Shown here: one piece after another, positions 38,114 through 52,312 of the stretch | Numbering within the stretch: the stretch's first letter is position 1 | Layout of the letters: every line of letters begins with the position of its first letter | Source of the DNA: Lingula anatina | Taxonomy: Eukaryota; Animalia; Brachiopoda | Reading direction: 5' to 3' | Assembly (NCBI GenBank): GCA_051362555.1 | Contig: CM120645.1 | Span: 7,750,001 to 7,814,000, forward strand | DNA length: 64,000 bases | Made by a program: the position numbers and the translations under genes | The notes under the pieces: model-generated | What the model saw: only the letters and a program-made list of their open reading frames with translations | Databases searched by the model: none | What the model was told of the DNA's origin: nothing

Positions 38114-41100
38114 CAGGCCTTCTTTTCCACGGAAACCTTGCACTTCGCAAAATTCAATTCCTTCTTGGTCAGTATTGAGCTAGATAAATGGACAGTATGG
38201 AGAAAAATTGATAAAGCTTTCAGAAATTTGGCATTGATGTCACATCGGAAGTGAATTGTCATCAATAAATGTATTCAGAATAGTTTTGTATGATCCCAGC
38301 GGCGCTTTTTCCTCACTCCTGGGAAATCAAATTGTTATGTGAGTGCTCCCCGTCAATTGATACGACTTGCCTCGTTTGACTCCCACCATATCCTGTACAA
38401 ATACAATTCTCATGTGAACCAGCAATTATTTTATATATGAAAAATCAACTGTTTTACCCCAAGCCAGTATAGGCATGGAGCTACGTGACTTTCTTACTTA
38501 CACATCATAGTAGGCTAACTTTAGGTTTAGCATAATTTTAGCCCATTCAAAATTAGTAAATGGTAAAAATGCAGAGTACCATTTATGTATTTTTTAAACC
38601 ATATTATAATTTGTTTAGCATTTTATCAAAATAAATAAAATTTGACCTTAATTCAAGTATTTCATGGATTTCTGTAATGGGAAATGAACATATGTTCAAT
38701 AAAGAATCGCGAAGAAACTTAAAAACAGTGGACATTGTTGGTAAAAGAGTAGCTGCCTTGCTTGCATCAGTCATCTCATTATTTTTACATTTCAAGTAGA
38801 AAACAAATAATCCTTTTTTGCAAAGAACTATATTTTTAGTGTTCTGACTGAGAAAATGTGGAGTTGTTTTAAAACAAGGCTCCTAATTGGAACTCTATTT
38901 GTCCAAGAGAGACAGCCTTGTATTATGTCACTCAACCAGGGGCTTCCTGCGAAAAACTCTCTTGTTTCACTGGGTCGAATTGTTCTTAAAACAAGACTCT
39001 AACCTAGAGTGTCAGCATTATTTCGCCATAACATAGGGTCTGTTTGTCTTAGCACCACCCCCGAGCAACATGTGCCGGAATTAGTGTGTGAATGCGCGGA
39101 CTGAGAAAAATCAATTGGATGTTCAATTTCAAACACAGCAACAGCACATGTATGTAGTGTCAATATGAACTTGTGCATTACAGTGAATGATATGCGGTTA
39201 TTTTGTGTTTGAGAAGTAAATCACATGTGATTTGAGTGTAAAATGTTTTATGGATTTTTTTTTCTCTGGAATGTAGATGTGAGGGTGGTTGCTGGTGGTT
39301 GTAATAACATTTCGTCTTTGCCTTCTTCCTCTCTTGCTGCAAAATTGATAAAAGATGCTCAGAAATTGCTGGAGAGAAGGCCAAGTCAGTTTTTCTTTTG
39401 TTAGTTCATTGATAGAAAAGTGAACATCAAATACTGGCAGTTTTTTCAGCAGAAGTGAGAGGTTTTGTTTCAAGACAAGCACACTTAAGTAAGAAAAAGC
39501 GCAGAAAGAAACAAACACTCAACATTTGATAAGGAAGCATCAAAGATTTACAAATGCAAAGCTGAAAATAACATCGGGAAAATAGACATGACAGTCTGAT
39601 GTACATACTCCTCCGCATCAAAACTAATCTCTCCCATAAGTAACAGTGTGGCATTAGTAGTAATCATTTAAACTTGATGTGCCAGGTGTACACACATCTG
39701 GATACACTTTACCTTATAATTGGCAAGAGATTTTTTTTCTGGTTTACAACTTACTATAGGTTTTATGGATTTTTTAAATGTATTTATTTGGTTTATGTAT
39801 GTTATTTTTTATTAATTTTATATACATGCATTTATATATGTTAATTTTATATATTTGTTTATTTTATATATTTGTATAATAAAAAGTTTGTGAACAAAGA
39901 TGACATTTCTCTCCAGGATAGCATTTTTTCTTGAATGTGGTATTTTTAATCAGGGTTAGTGAAATCAATATGATTATATTCTGATTGTGGAATTTTTTAA
40001 TCAGGCGTGCCTGAAGTTAGCTTGATACAACCAAAACCACATGAAACAGTTGATTTTTCCCCACCATGGGCATGATAAAAATCTGAAGAAAATATGAACT
40101 TAACAAGAACATTTTTTTTTTCATATATATTTTAACCTGGATTCAGGACTCTGTTTTCTCTTACAATTGAATAATAGTGTATAATTTCAAATACAGTTCA
40201 CACATTGGCAAAAATAAATTAATTAAATAAGTTAATAACGCAGATGAGTTAATAGATAAGAGTTTCATACTTCACTTTTATCATTTTAACATTAAGGGCC
40301 AAGTTTTCTTCCACGTGTTTCAGATTTCTACCTGGACTGAAATCTCATTACATTTCCTCATTCATACAAACGTTAAGGTTCCCCTGATGAGCAGTACACA
40401 CACTTAAACAGTGAAGAACAGCTTGGTTTCTGTCATTTCTTATTATAGCACCTTGAATCATTCAGTTATCTTGGAAAAGACAACCAATTATTACAGGTTC
40501 ACTTCCTATGTAGTCACTGAAGATTCAGTTTGGTTGTATATCCCTTATTTACAGGTAAAATAGTCATTTATTGATGTGAGATCTTTCGTAAAATGGGTGT
40601 TGATTTTTTTAACTTTCTCCTTGATGCTTAAAGTCATTTTCATAACTTATATTTATTTAAAAGATTCTGTTGATAAATCTTTCATTTTTTAATTCTGCTG
40701 ATGCAGTGTCATGTCTTTACAAATTTCTGGATTTTTTTAAACATATCTATGATTAAGTGATACCTGTCGTTCTAATCCATAACAAACCTTACATTACATT
40801 GTTATCTGCCACCCTTGCTGCAAACTGTTGATATATATATTAACAACTCAATTTTTTATCGGAATTTTATTATTACATCAAGTACATCAAATATGGGATG
40901 GGAGGGTGGACATCTCATATTTTATTTTCTTTTCGCATGCAGTCATGCAAGATCCATTGTAACAATTGGAACTTTTTATCTCCTTATACACTGAAGGGAG
41001 GGAATATTGGTGCACGGTTGAATTAGAAGGTAGTATGATTATTATGGAATTGGTATTTGGTAGAAACTGTCACTGTGTTTTGTAAAACTAGAAGAGTTTT

Positions 41101-43377
41101 CGCTAAAATTGCTTTCAAACAGTATTTAACATTCAGTTGCACATATCTGTGTATTTTATGACTAACTGCCTTTGAGTAATCATTTGATCCTTTAAGCTGT
41201 AAGTTGATTTTTGGGTATTTCATTAGAAATTTCCCTCTAAGAGACTTAATATGGTTTTACAGGATGCTTAAAACTGTGCTCACTGTGAGTGGCTAGTATG
41301 TCTGTACATTAGGTAGCCGTGCTGCTTAAAAAGCTTCTTGGGATTTTGACCATTGAATTAAATGGATTCAGATTGTGAAAAATTTTCTGAATACCTTATT
41401 TACAACTCATAAAAGTCATGTGAATAGCAAGATTAAAATTATCTTCGAGTCATTCCGCTTCATGCTGGTGAACAAAAAGTCAAATTTTAGTTGACTATAT
41501 ATGTCAAATCCGTTCATTTATCCAAATGCAACACCAGCAGATTTAAATCATTGAACATTTGTTAGAGCCTTGGGACCAGTAATACAAAAATAATTTTTTT
41601 CAGGCTTAAGTTATTTTGTAAAACAGGCCCAGCATCTCAGTTCATTGGTGAAAAACAAAACCTGATTTCTGGCACAGATCAGATTAGATTTTATGGTCTA
41701 TGACTGAGTCGTAATCTGGGGTCAGATCTAGTTTAACTGCATGGTCGCTCCTCGTGATTGATTCTGTCACTTTGTCAATGATCAGCTGATCCTGTATCAC
41801 TAGATATTGATATTATACATATATATCTAATCTTATCTACAAAGGTGAATTATTGTCATTTCTGCCATGGTGGCATTTGCCAAATTGGTCCTCTTATTTT
41901 TTCTTTTTTTTTTCTTTTTTAAGGATGCTCTAGGCATGATGAAGGCATGCAATTACTGCTAAGCTTTACATGACATTTGATGTTTATAAGGAAATCTGCT
42001 CTGTAGATTAATCTACCTTTTGATTGCATGAAATTGCATGGCATTTGATATACAGATTTAAGTTTTTATGCATGGTTTCAGTGAATGATCATGAAGGAAC
42101 ATTTTTCCTTCATGAAAAAAAGAAGTGGGGAGGGAAAGGTAGGGAAGATTCAGACTTTGAAGCAGAAATTTCTCCCAGCTGAATGAAATATAAGCATGCC
42201 TGTAGCATGATCAGGGAACTGTTTATAAGGACTGTAGACATGTAGAACACACTTAGGTCGTGGAGAAAGATAGATACAGTCAGTAACTTATTGAAAACAA
42301 TCAATTGGAAGGAAATGCATCATTCAGGACGAGAAAAGTAACAGAAAACAGAGGACAAAAAAATGTGCAGAAAAAAATTAGAATCATTAGACCCCAACAG
42401 GAAATGTTGTCTGAGCAAATTAAATCCCTGGTAGTGGAAGATAGATTATCCTGCCAGAAGGTCACCAAGGTCACATGATGCAGGTGTTCATTAGTTTACC
42501 TGAGGTTACCATGGCAATAAATCATGACCACCCACTAATCTTAATTAAGCCTGTTTGTCAAAGAAACATGGCAGAGCCAAGAGGGTTGGAAAAAAAATAA
42601 TGTTCTGGGAATGTTTTGATAGAGTGCATTGTACATCTTGTAGATCAGGTCTTAATATGGCGCTTAAGGTTAATCACCCACTATACTGCAATTAGATGTT
42701 ACCTGCAGGTAATAATGATATTGATTACTGAATAAGTCCTCCACCTGTATCATATTTGGCCTCTCTGATATTTGAGTTAATTTATAGAAATTAGTCTTCT
42801 GTTTATCTAATCTAGGTTTTTTTTATTAAGGTTTGTTCTTAATAAATGTGAATATGAAAACCAAGGCCCTGTTTCACAATGAATATTAAGTTGAAAGTAG
42901 GTTCTTGCCAAATTTATTATAAACCATTGCCAACTTATTTGTGGTTCACAAAGGAATCTCGAGGGTTGATAACCTTGCACTTTATGCCTTAAAACAAAGC
43001 TTTGAGACAACTTTCAAATAGTCTCGTCACATTTCACTCTCAGTGGTGACTGTATACTAGATGGATATGACAGCTTCTTTATTGTAGAGTGTAGTTTGGT
43101 TGTTTATGGAATCAAGTTTAACTTACTAGTAGATGGCTATTACAGTTATTGTATTGACTTCATGGAATCGGCTGTCTGGGTTCAGCAATTAGCAAAGCCT
43201 GAAAAACTTAATTTGATAAGTGGCCTGGGATTCAAGAGATCATAGTGGATTTTAAAGAGCGTCATGTCTTGGCAATGTTATAGTGTTATCTCAGCACGTC
43301 ATCTGTCTCAGAAAAAGCCATGTAATTGGACAGATATGGCATGCTTCATAATAAAATCATGGTATTTTCAGATGGTC

Positions 43378-46300
43378 TTATTGTACCACCAGCGTAGGCG
43401 CTGGCGGTACCCATGGTTTTAGTCCCGACCCGTATGTTCCGCCGGCTCCGCCGGCTCCTGCGGCTCCGCCGCCATGTTACCGTTACCGCTTCTCCTCCTA
43501 GACGGTAAGGGCCCCCATACCCATCTCTTGGATTTAGGTCACCTATAATCTCAACTCGTTCCACGTAAAATTTGGGCTTTGTCGGTATTGGGGTCTAGGT
43601 GTGGCACTCATTGCAATGCACCCTTGTCCAAAAATGGCAAAATTAAATGCTAATTATCTACCCTACGGAAGGAATTATGGGAAAAATTTCTACAGACGGC
43701 TTTCCAAAAGTCATATGTGTAGATTTCAAATATGCCCTTGGATTTGACCTTTGACCTTTATTTCAAGGTCAAACGGGCAAAAATTTTCAAAAAAATGAAT
43801 TTTTTTACGAAAAAAAATTAATTTGCGCTGTTATTCAGACACCACACAGACTTAACCAATAAAATTATTGGAAAATATTACCCTTCAGGTCATCTTTCAT
43901 CTATGTGAATTTGGGGTCAATCGGTGCATTTTCACGGGTGTAGCGGCCATAAGATACCGAAACTGAAAACTGTATGTAATTCGGGAACCGTTAATGCTAG
44001 AGACCCATTCTTTTTTGCATTTTGTAGAGCATGTAAAGCCCAACACTGGAGGTGGTCTCCGTTTTTTTGTATTCCATACGGTTTTCGAGTTACGCTGTAT
44101 CAAAAAGTCCATATTGGTGGTGAAAGCAAAATGTGCAGTACGGTAATGGATAATAAATTTTGAACTCTGGAAAAATAAAACATAAGGCTTGGCAAAGCAG
44201 ACAACTTGTGGTCAAAAATGACATTATTTCATCAAATTTGAACTTCTGGAACTTCAGAGCACCTCCCATTTCAAGAATTTTGACCAAAATGACCTTTTCT
44301 TTATTTTAATTAATTTTTTCTGTAGGAAATTTATGGCACATTAAGGTAACTACGAAATTACAACATTTAGTCCCTTATATCTCCAAAACTGGCAGAGATA
44401 GGTCCATAGTTACTATTGAAGTTGAATAGGAAGTCATATACTGGCAATCTTACTGTGACCTTGAAATTGACCTTTGACCTACTTTTCACCATGAACTGAA
44501 CTTTGGAAATTTTGCTTCCCTTTTATCTCCAAAACTAGCAGAGATAGGTCCATAGTTACTATTGAAGTTGAATAGGAAGTCATATACTGGCAATCTAAAT
44601 GTGACCTTAAAATTGACCTTTGACCTTCTTTTCACCATGAACTGAACTCTGCTAATTTCTTTCTCTTTTAACTCCAAACCTGGCAGAGATAGGTCTATAG
44701 TTACTATTGAAGTTGAATAGGAAGTCATATACTGTCAATCTAAATGTGACCTTAAAATTGACCTTTGACCTACTTTTTACCATGAACTGAACTCTGCTAA
44801 TTTCTTTCTCTTTTAACTCCAAACCTGGCAGACATAGGTCCATAGTTACTATTGAAGTTGAATAGGAAGTCATATACTGGCAATCTAAATGTGACCTTGA
44901 AATTGACCTTTGACCTACTTTTTATCATGAATTGAACTTTGCAAATTTTGGTTCCCTTTTATCTCCAAAACTGCAGAGATAGGTCCATAGTTACTATTGA
45001 ACTTGAATAGGAAGTCATATATTGGCAATCTTACTGTGACCTTGAAATTGACCTTTGACCTACTTTTCATGATGAACTGAACTTTGCAAATTTTGCTTCC
45101 CTTTTATCTCCAAAGTTACGCTGTATCAAAAAGTACATTTTGGTGGTTAAAGCAAAATGTGCAGTACGGTAATGGATAATAAATTTTGAACTCCGTAAAA
45201 ATAAAACATAAGGCTAGGCAAAGCAGGCAACTTGTGGTCAAAAATGACATTATTTCATCAAATTTGAACATTTGAAACTTCAGAGCACCTCCCATTTCAG
45301 GAATTTTTACCAAAATGACCTTTTCTTTATTTTAATTAATTTTTTCTGTAGGAAATTTATGGCACATTATGGTAACTCCAAAATTATAACATTTAGTCCC
45401 TTATATCTCCAAAACTGGCAGAGATAAGTCCATAGTTACTATTGAAGTTGAATAGGAAGTCATGTACTGGCAATCTTACTGTGACCTTGAAATTGACCTT
45501 TGACCTACTTTTCACCATGAACTGAACTTTGCAAATTTTGCCTCCCTTTTACCTCCAAAACTGGCAGAGATAGGTCCATAGTTTCTATTGAACTTGAATA
45601 TGAAGTCATATACTGGCAATCTAAATGTGGCCTTGAAATTGACCTTTGACCTACTTTCCACCATGAACTGAACTTTGGAAAATTTGCTTCCCTTTTATCT
45701 CCAAAACTAGCAGAGATAGGTCCATAGTTACTATTGAAGTTGAATAGGAAGTCATATACTAGCAATCTAAATGTGACCTTTAAATTTACCTTTGACCTAC
45801 TTTTCACCATGAACTGAACTTTGCAAATTTTGGTTCCCTTTTATCTCCAAAACTGGCAGAGATAGGTCCATAGTTACTATTGAAGTTGAATAGGAAGTCA
45901 TATACTGGCAATCTAAATGTGACCTTGAAATTGACCTTTGACCTACTTTTTATCATGAATTGAACTTGAAAATTTTGGTTCCCTTTTATCTCCAAAACTG
46001 GCAGAGATAGGTCCATAGTTACTATTGAACTTGAATAGTAGGTTTATACTGGCAATCTTACTGTGACCTTGAAATTGACCTTTGACCTACTTTTCATCAT
46101 GAACTGAACCTTGCAAATTTTGCTTCCCTTTTATCTCCAAAGTTACACTGTATCAAAAAGTACATTTTGGTGGTTATAGCAAAATGTGCAGTACGGTAAT
46201 GGATAATAAATTTTGAACTCCGGAAAAATAAAACATAAGGCTTGGCAAAGCAGGCAACTTGTGGTCGAAAATGACATTATTTCATCAAATTTGAACATCT

Positions 46301-47037
46301 GGAACTTCAGAGCACCTCCCATTTCAAGGTTTTTTTTTCCAAAATGACCTTTTCTTTATTTTAATTAATTTTTTCCGTAGGAAATTTATGGCACATTATG
46401 GTAACTCCAAAATTATAACATTTAGTCCCTTATATCTCCAAAACTGGCAGAGATAAGTCCATAGTTACTATTGAAGTTGAATAGGAAGTCATATACTGGC
46501 AATCTAAATGTGACCTTGAAATTGACCTTTGACCTACTTTTCACCATGAACTGAACTTTGGAAATTTTGGTTCCCTTTTATCTCCAAAACTAGCAGAGAT
46601 AGGTCCATAGTTACTATTGAAGTTGAATAGGAAGTCATATACTGGCAATCTAAATGTGACCTTAAAATTGACCTTTGACCTACTTTTCACCATGAACTGA
46701 ACTCTGCTAAATTCTTTCTCTTTTAACTCCATACCTGGCAGAGATAGGTCCATAGTTACTATTGAAGTTGAATAGGAAGTCATATACTGGCAATCTAAAT
46801 GTGACCTTGAAATTGACCTTTGACCTACCTTAACTTAACTTTGATTGTACCATTTTAAGTCATATATATTTTTTGCGTATTTTGAAAATTCTTGTTGATT
46901 GCATTTTGATAGCTTGTCAAGCATAAGACTGGTGGCTGTGTCCCTTATTTTGTGTATGTGGGGGGTCTATACGAATGCGCTTGCTCCAGCTGGTGGTACA
47001 ATATTCGGAGGCGGTATCGCCTCTCTGATCCTCTAGT
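43378..47037 (+). mobile_element. Full-length non-autonomous Helentron (HINE/DINE-1-like) element carrying a satellite array
   Basis: 5' subTIR TATTGTACCACCAGC with a nearby inverted copy GCTGGCGGTAC (43400-43410), short ccgccggct repeat, internal tandem array, 3' subTIR GCTGGTGGTACAATA (46989-47003), hairpin GAGGCG-gtat-CGCCTC (47008-47023), terminal CTAGT in a T-rich site, no TSD. Confidence 0.85.
44088..46828. repeat. Higher-order satellite: 293-bp B block plus five 145-146-bp A units, period ~1026 bp, ~2.7 periods
   Basis: B starts at 44088, 45114, 46141. A starts at 44381, 44527, 44672, 44817, 44963; 45407, 45553, 45699, 45845, 45990; 46436, 46582, 46727 (partial). Core tgaccttgaaattgacctttgacct. 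Confidence 0.95.
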
Positions 47038-50000
47038 TTTAATTCAATTATGGTTTTCACCATTATGTATACCAGAGTCATCTGCTTGTTGTTACTAAAC
47101 ACTAGAACCACATTTGCACATAATTTGCTGTAACTTTTCATCAGTTATGCTTTACTACATTGCTGTTAAAGGGAGGAAAAATCATTTCTTTAGGCTAATG
47201 TAGAATATGCCTGGAATTGAGCAAAAAATATAATGTGCTTGTATAAGCCAAGCTGCTTCCTGCCAGAGATCTTAATTTAATGAAATTATAAATCTTATAA
47301 ATCTGTGTTTAGACTGGGGGCAGAATGGGCTCAGGTTGAGTTTTAATCAGATTTTCTCAGGATTAAGGTAGTTATAAGGGGATTACATGAGGATCGTATT
47401 AATGTAACGTTGTGTGAGGTAATGCGTTTCAAAAATGTCAGTCTGTCTTAAACGAAATCTCCTTTGCGTTGCCTTTCAGAGGCCAGAAAATATTTCTGAA
47501 TTTGCCCACTACCACTAGGTCTAAATTTCTTCCTTGGGAAGAAGGAAGACTCACCTAAGATGTAAGCAGTGAAGGAAAAACAAGTTAAATACAGTGTTAT
47601 TAGTGCAGCCGTTCAGTAACCCTTCTTAGTGCCGTGTGTGAGGAAGCGTGCGTGCATGATAAATTTTGCCAAAGTAACAAGTTTGAGTCGAGGTGGTTTT
47701 GATGTACCAATAATACACTTTTTGTAGTTCTGTAATAGCAATTAGACCCATCAGTATTCATATCATGTAACAGCAACCTTGAGAACTATGGCATCAAATC
47801 AAATTTGAAATGAAATATAGGATAATATAATTTTAAGAAAAGAATTTTAGTGGAAAAATAGCCATAAAGAAAAAAATATACAGTGACTGAATGACTTGTG
47901 TAATAACTGTAATAAAATGAATGATATCATGATTGTGCTGACAGAAATATGTGTCTTGTTGAATTCTGCACTGTCATTTATCATCTGCCGCAGACGAGGA
48001 AGTGGCAGATGCATGGGTAGCAGTTGCCTGAATTCTATAGGCAGTGAAAATCTGTCATCATTTTAATTATATATATATACAATAGTATGGGGCTGTCTGG
48101 ATCTACTTGTTGAATGGAATGGTTTGATCTTATTGCAAATTATATCCTAATTAAAAATGTTTTTGATGAAAAAATATTGCTTTTTTAAAATGACAGTTAA
48201 CTTGATAGAAGTGTGCATGTAATTTAAAATCAAATACAATACAAAGATGATCTATTTACAATTTTTGTTGTTGTTTTGCTAATCAAGGTAGCTTTGGTCT
48301 GCTCATACACAATTTCCAGCCATCCCTATTTTACACAGTTTAATTAGTTTTTATTTATTCATTTATTTACATTTTTGTTCTCTGGCTTGCCAAGCGAACT
48401 GTGAATCCTTTCCTTATAATACTACTGATTTATATGTGCAGTCTTTTAAAAACAAATCTATTTTTTCATATTCTCCACAATAGCCTGTTTTACAATTGCG
48501 TGCTAACCACATCCTTATTGCCCATTCATAACAAGTTATAAACTTTTGTTTTTATGCCTGAACAAAACTTCTGTACTTACTCAGTCAAGCCAGTAAATTT
48601 TATGACTTTTCTCAGTGGTTAATATTGTCAGTCTCCTAAACAGCTGGACTGATTCCAATTGAGTGATAAAATATCAATAATTTTCCCAGCATCATCCTAA
48701 TTCAAATGAAGTTATTTCACTGACAGTTTGCCACTGCAAAAGGAGAAAAAATTATATGTTCACTGGTATTTTCTATGTAGAAAGCATGCAGTTTGACCAC
48801 ACCACAAGAACACCATAGATTCAGCCATGACAAAATGTAAAAGATCCATGATGGTAAATACTATAACAAGAGCTATAAATCATATTTCAGGTGACGAACT
48901 GGGCCAGTACATGTTAGGTTCATTAAGGTTGTCTGTCAGTGCGGAAGAGGAGCTAGATCACACAGTAATATTATATAGCAGTCTCCACTTACTTTAACTG
49001 GGTCACTTCTCGAGACTTTAGAGTTTGTTTGAGTAAAATAAAAATTTGAGTTAGGCAATATTTTAACAAAATTCATGTATTTGTACTGTGTTTATTGAAG
49101 AATATTGTTTGAAAAAAGCACTACCACTCATGTTTTTTTTCTCTCTGTATAATGGCTAATTGAATTCTTGGCTTTTGGAGTCACTTCCTAGTATGGATAA
49201 TGTAAAGTTATCTTTTTTTCTCAATATAACATATATATTGCTCTATTAAGTTGTGAACTATGAAAGTTTGAAAACCCAACCTTGCACCAGATCATGGATT
49301 GGGTCACTGCCACCTCCAGACATCGACCCATATAAACATGTCTTTCATGTCGTCAAACTATCATTAAATATATGCACAGCCGTAGTATGGGTGTACTGTC
49401 AGGAAGAAGCTAATTACTGTGTTAAATTTTTGTAAGACAATATTGTCACATTTAGGAAACACAAATTATGTTTTTAACATAGTCTTTAACTCTTGATATA
49501 AACAGTTTTTTATGACTGAAAGCATTTAAGGAGGGAAATATTGTTTCTGCATCTACACATATTGCAGTCCTTATAAAAAGTACATTCAAAACCCTACTCC
49601 TATATTTTTATTGTTTTTATGCTGCAACTTTTTAAGTCTAAATTCCTATGTAGAGCCTTACTTAGTTAATTACTAGTAATCTTAAGGGTTTTAATTGAAA
49701 GAAAAACGTTGTTTTGGGTCATACATATTATACATGTAAGCACTTTTATTTGAATGTAGGCAGTATTTGCTGTAAACTTGCTGGTAAGGTAATGTGGGTA
49801 TTGAGAACTTGATTCTAGTCCATGATGAATTCATGATGCACTTTTGATACCAGCATAATAAAAACCTTACAAGGTTGAGTCATATCCTGCAGGTTGAAGT
49901 TCACAATTTTGACTATGTTTTTTTAAATGGATCATTGTGTGATTTTTTTTTTCTCGTATGTGCTTACGAGCTCAAATTTTGTTTTTGTGATTCTCCATTT

Positions 50001-51247
50001 TATCTGTGGATTGTTCTGCAGTGTTTAGGCTTTCTACTAGTATGTAGATATATGAAGCCCCTGGGTCTCATTTATAATTCATATTCTTTTTTATTATCCA
50101 TAACAACATATTTTAACTTCAGGGTTAATTTATTAGTAGACTTCTGACTGTTTTGAACAGTTCTTTACTAATAATAAATGAATGTTGGATGTTCCTCTGT
50201 GCTGCCACCTATTGGGCTGCTACGAAACTTGTATAGATCAGGTCATTTGAACAGCAGTCACAAATGCTGTGACATTACTTTGAAATGAAAATTTTTTAAA
50301 GTGGAAATGAGATGATGGGACCATACAATACAACTGTTGAATAAGTTTAGTGAAATACAAATACAGTACACAAAGTATACATTTTTTTTCTGAGAAAATG
50401 TTGATTTTAAGTCTGTGAGTCTCAACTCAACCTATCTCTTGCCATTTCAGAACTTTCCTTGATGAGCAGAAGCCCATGAAATTGTCCCTCAGCTTTAATT
50501 TAAAAAATAAAATAAAGATTTTACCAACAAAATAAGACTGTCAAGTTGGTGAATCCCAACAGATTCTTTCAGACAGTTTAGTATCTCTACGTAAATTAAA
50601 AGACAGCAAATTTTATCTCTGCCATGGTGCTGTCCCTGTATGATTTCATTTTCAGTTGAATTAGATTGTGATTAGAGACCGTAGTATACAAATTTATGTC
50701 AAATAAATCTAAGAACTGGGTAGTCCCAAAATGGCCATGATAAAACTGACAAAAATATTGCTATCATAAAGGAATTACTGCAGTTTGATAATAAAAAAAA
50801 AATCTAAAAGTGATGAAATTGACTTTATAGTAACCACTGGACAATAATACAGTTATACATTTTAATTATACATACTTAAGCATGTCCTGAATCTCCTTGA
50901 TATGAACATGTGCTTCCTAAATCACTAAAAAAAGCTGTTAGATGTATCAATTAAATGGCAATTAAAATAACTTCATATGTCGGATAAAAATGATCGATAT
51001 TTCACTGAAGAAGCAGGAATTGTACTTTCAGTCATATATTGTTTTTGATGTAAGTTATTAGAAGAGTTGTGGCAAAATGATGTATATTATTCATGTATAA
51101 GTGCCTTTAATGTGGCTAGGAATAATGAATAGTTGATGTGTGACTGGTTACTTGGACTTAAAAAGGAGACTTGGTGCGTGGAAGTGTGATGGCATGTATG
51201 TGCATGCTTTGTACGCACTTTTGTGCACATTTTCATGTTTGTTTTAC

Positions 51248-51267
51248 GTGTGTGCGTGCGCACGCGC

Positions 51268-51298
<31 letters not shown>
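51248..51298. repeat. (TG)n/(CG)n microsatellite
   Basis: Direct observation; similar tracts at 18337-18379 and 53961-54062. Confidence 0.9.
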
Positions 51299-52200
51299 TT
51301 TCTTGAGGGGTTGGAAGGGGCAGCAGGGTTATGTCGCCATGTTTGTGCAACAATTTCTCACTAGATACAGTATATGCTACACAATACAGAAATGTCTTCA
51401 GCCAGTGAACAGCCAAAGAAATATCAGATTCTGTAAATATCCAGAGAAAATAATTCTGTCTTTGACCCTGGTAACAAGGCTAATGGGTGTGCAAGAGAAA
51501 GATCTTCTCCAGAGCTCTGTTCTATACAGTTTAATAACCTCAAATGATATATAGAAATATAATTTTTAATGATTTCAAAATTATGAATGAAAAGTTCAGG
51601 TCATTTCTTTCAGCTACAGAGGGTGATGTGTGTAGTAATGTGAAAATACATTGCAATCAAACTTTTCACAAACTAAATGAGTGAAAAGCCATTAAGCACA
51701 TCAAGCACATTCATATTGAACGAGAATGCTGTCAGCACTGTTAATGCAACCCACACACTGTCAGCACCCACCACAGCAACATGTTGATATGACAATGTAT
51801 AGAATCATACCTCCATTCACAGTGAGGAGGAAATGCGATCCATTTTGTATCTCTTCAAAAGGAAATTGCATTTCAGTTTGGAAGCAGTATTTCAACAACA
51901 GAAACAGTAAAAGTAGCATGTACATTATTGAGCTTTATATGTAGATTTGTTGTTTGCTGACATTTTCTATATCAGGGTTACAGACTCTGTATGTTGATGC
52001 AAATTTGACACATTTATGCCCAATTGTTTTCCTTTAATTTCAACCCTTATTCCTAAGTCCATAGCCAGGTTGGGGCAGTCTGACCTTGTCTGATGTTTCT
52101 CATATATCATTAAGATATAATCATTAAGATAATAATGTTGTGTATACTTGTATATGTGTCAGACTGAACATTTTTAGCCATTACTGGTGCACAGGCTGTG

Positions 52201-52224
52201 TATATATATATATATATTAGGGTG

Positions 52225-52309
<85 letters not shown>
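52201..52309. repeat. (AT)n microsatellite, interrupted
   Basis: Direct observation. Confidence 0.95.

Positions 52310-52312
<3 letters not shown>

Noticed and set aside
44090-46783. Repeated ORFs (MTSYSTSIV..., MVKI.EMGGALKF...) and a CRISPR-like appearance
   Set aside because: Translations of satellite monomers. No unique spacers, no cas genes, eukaryotic context.
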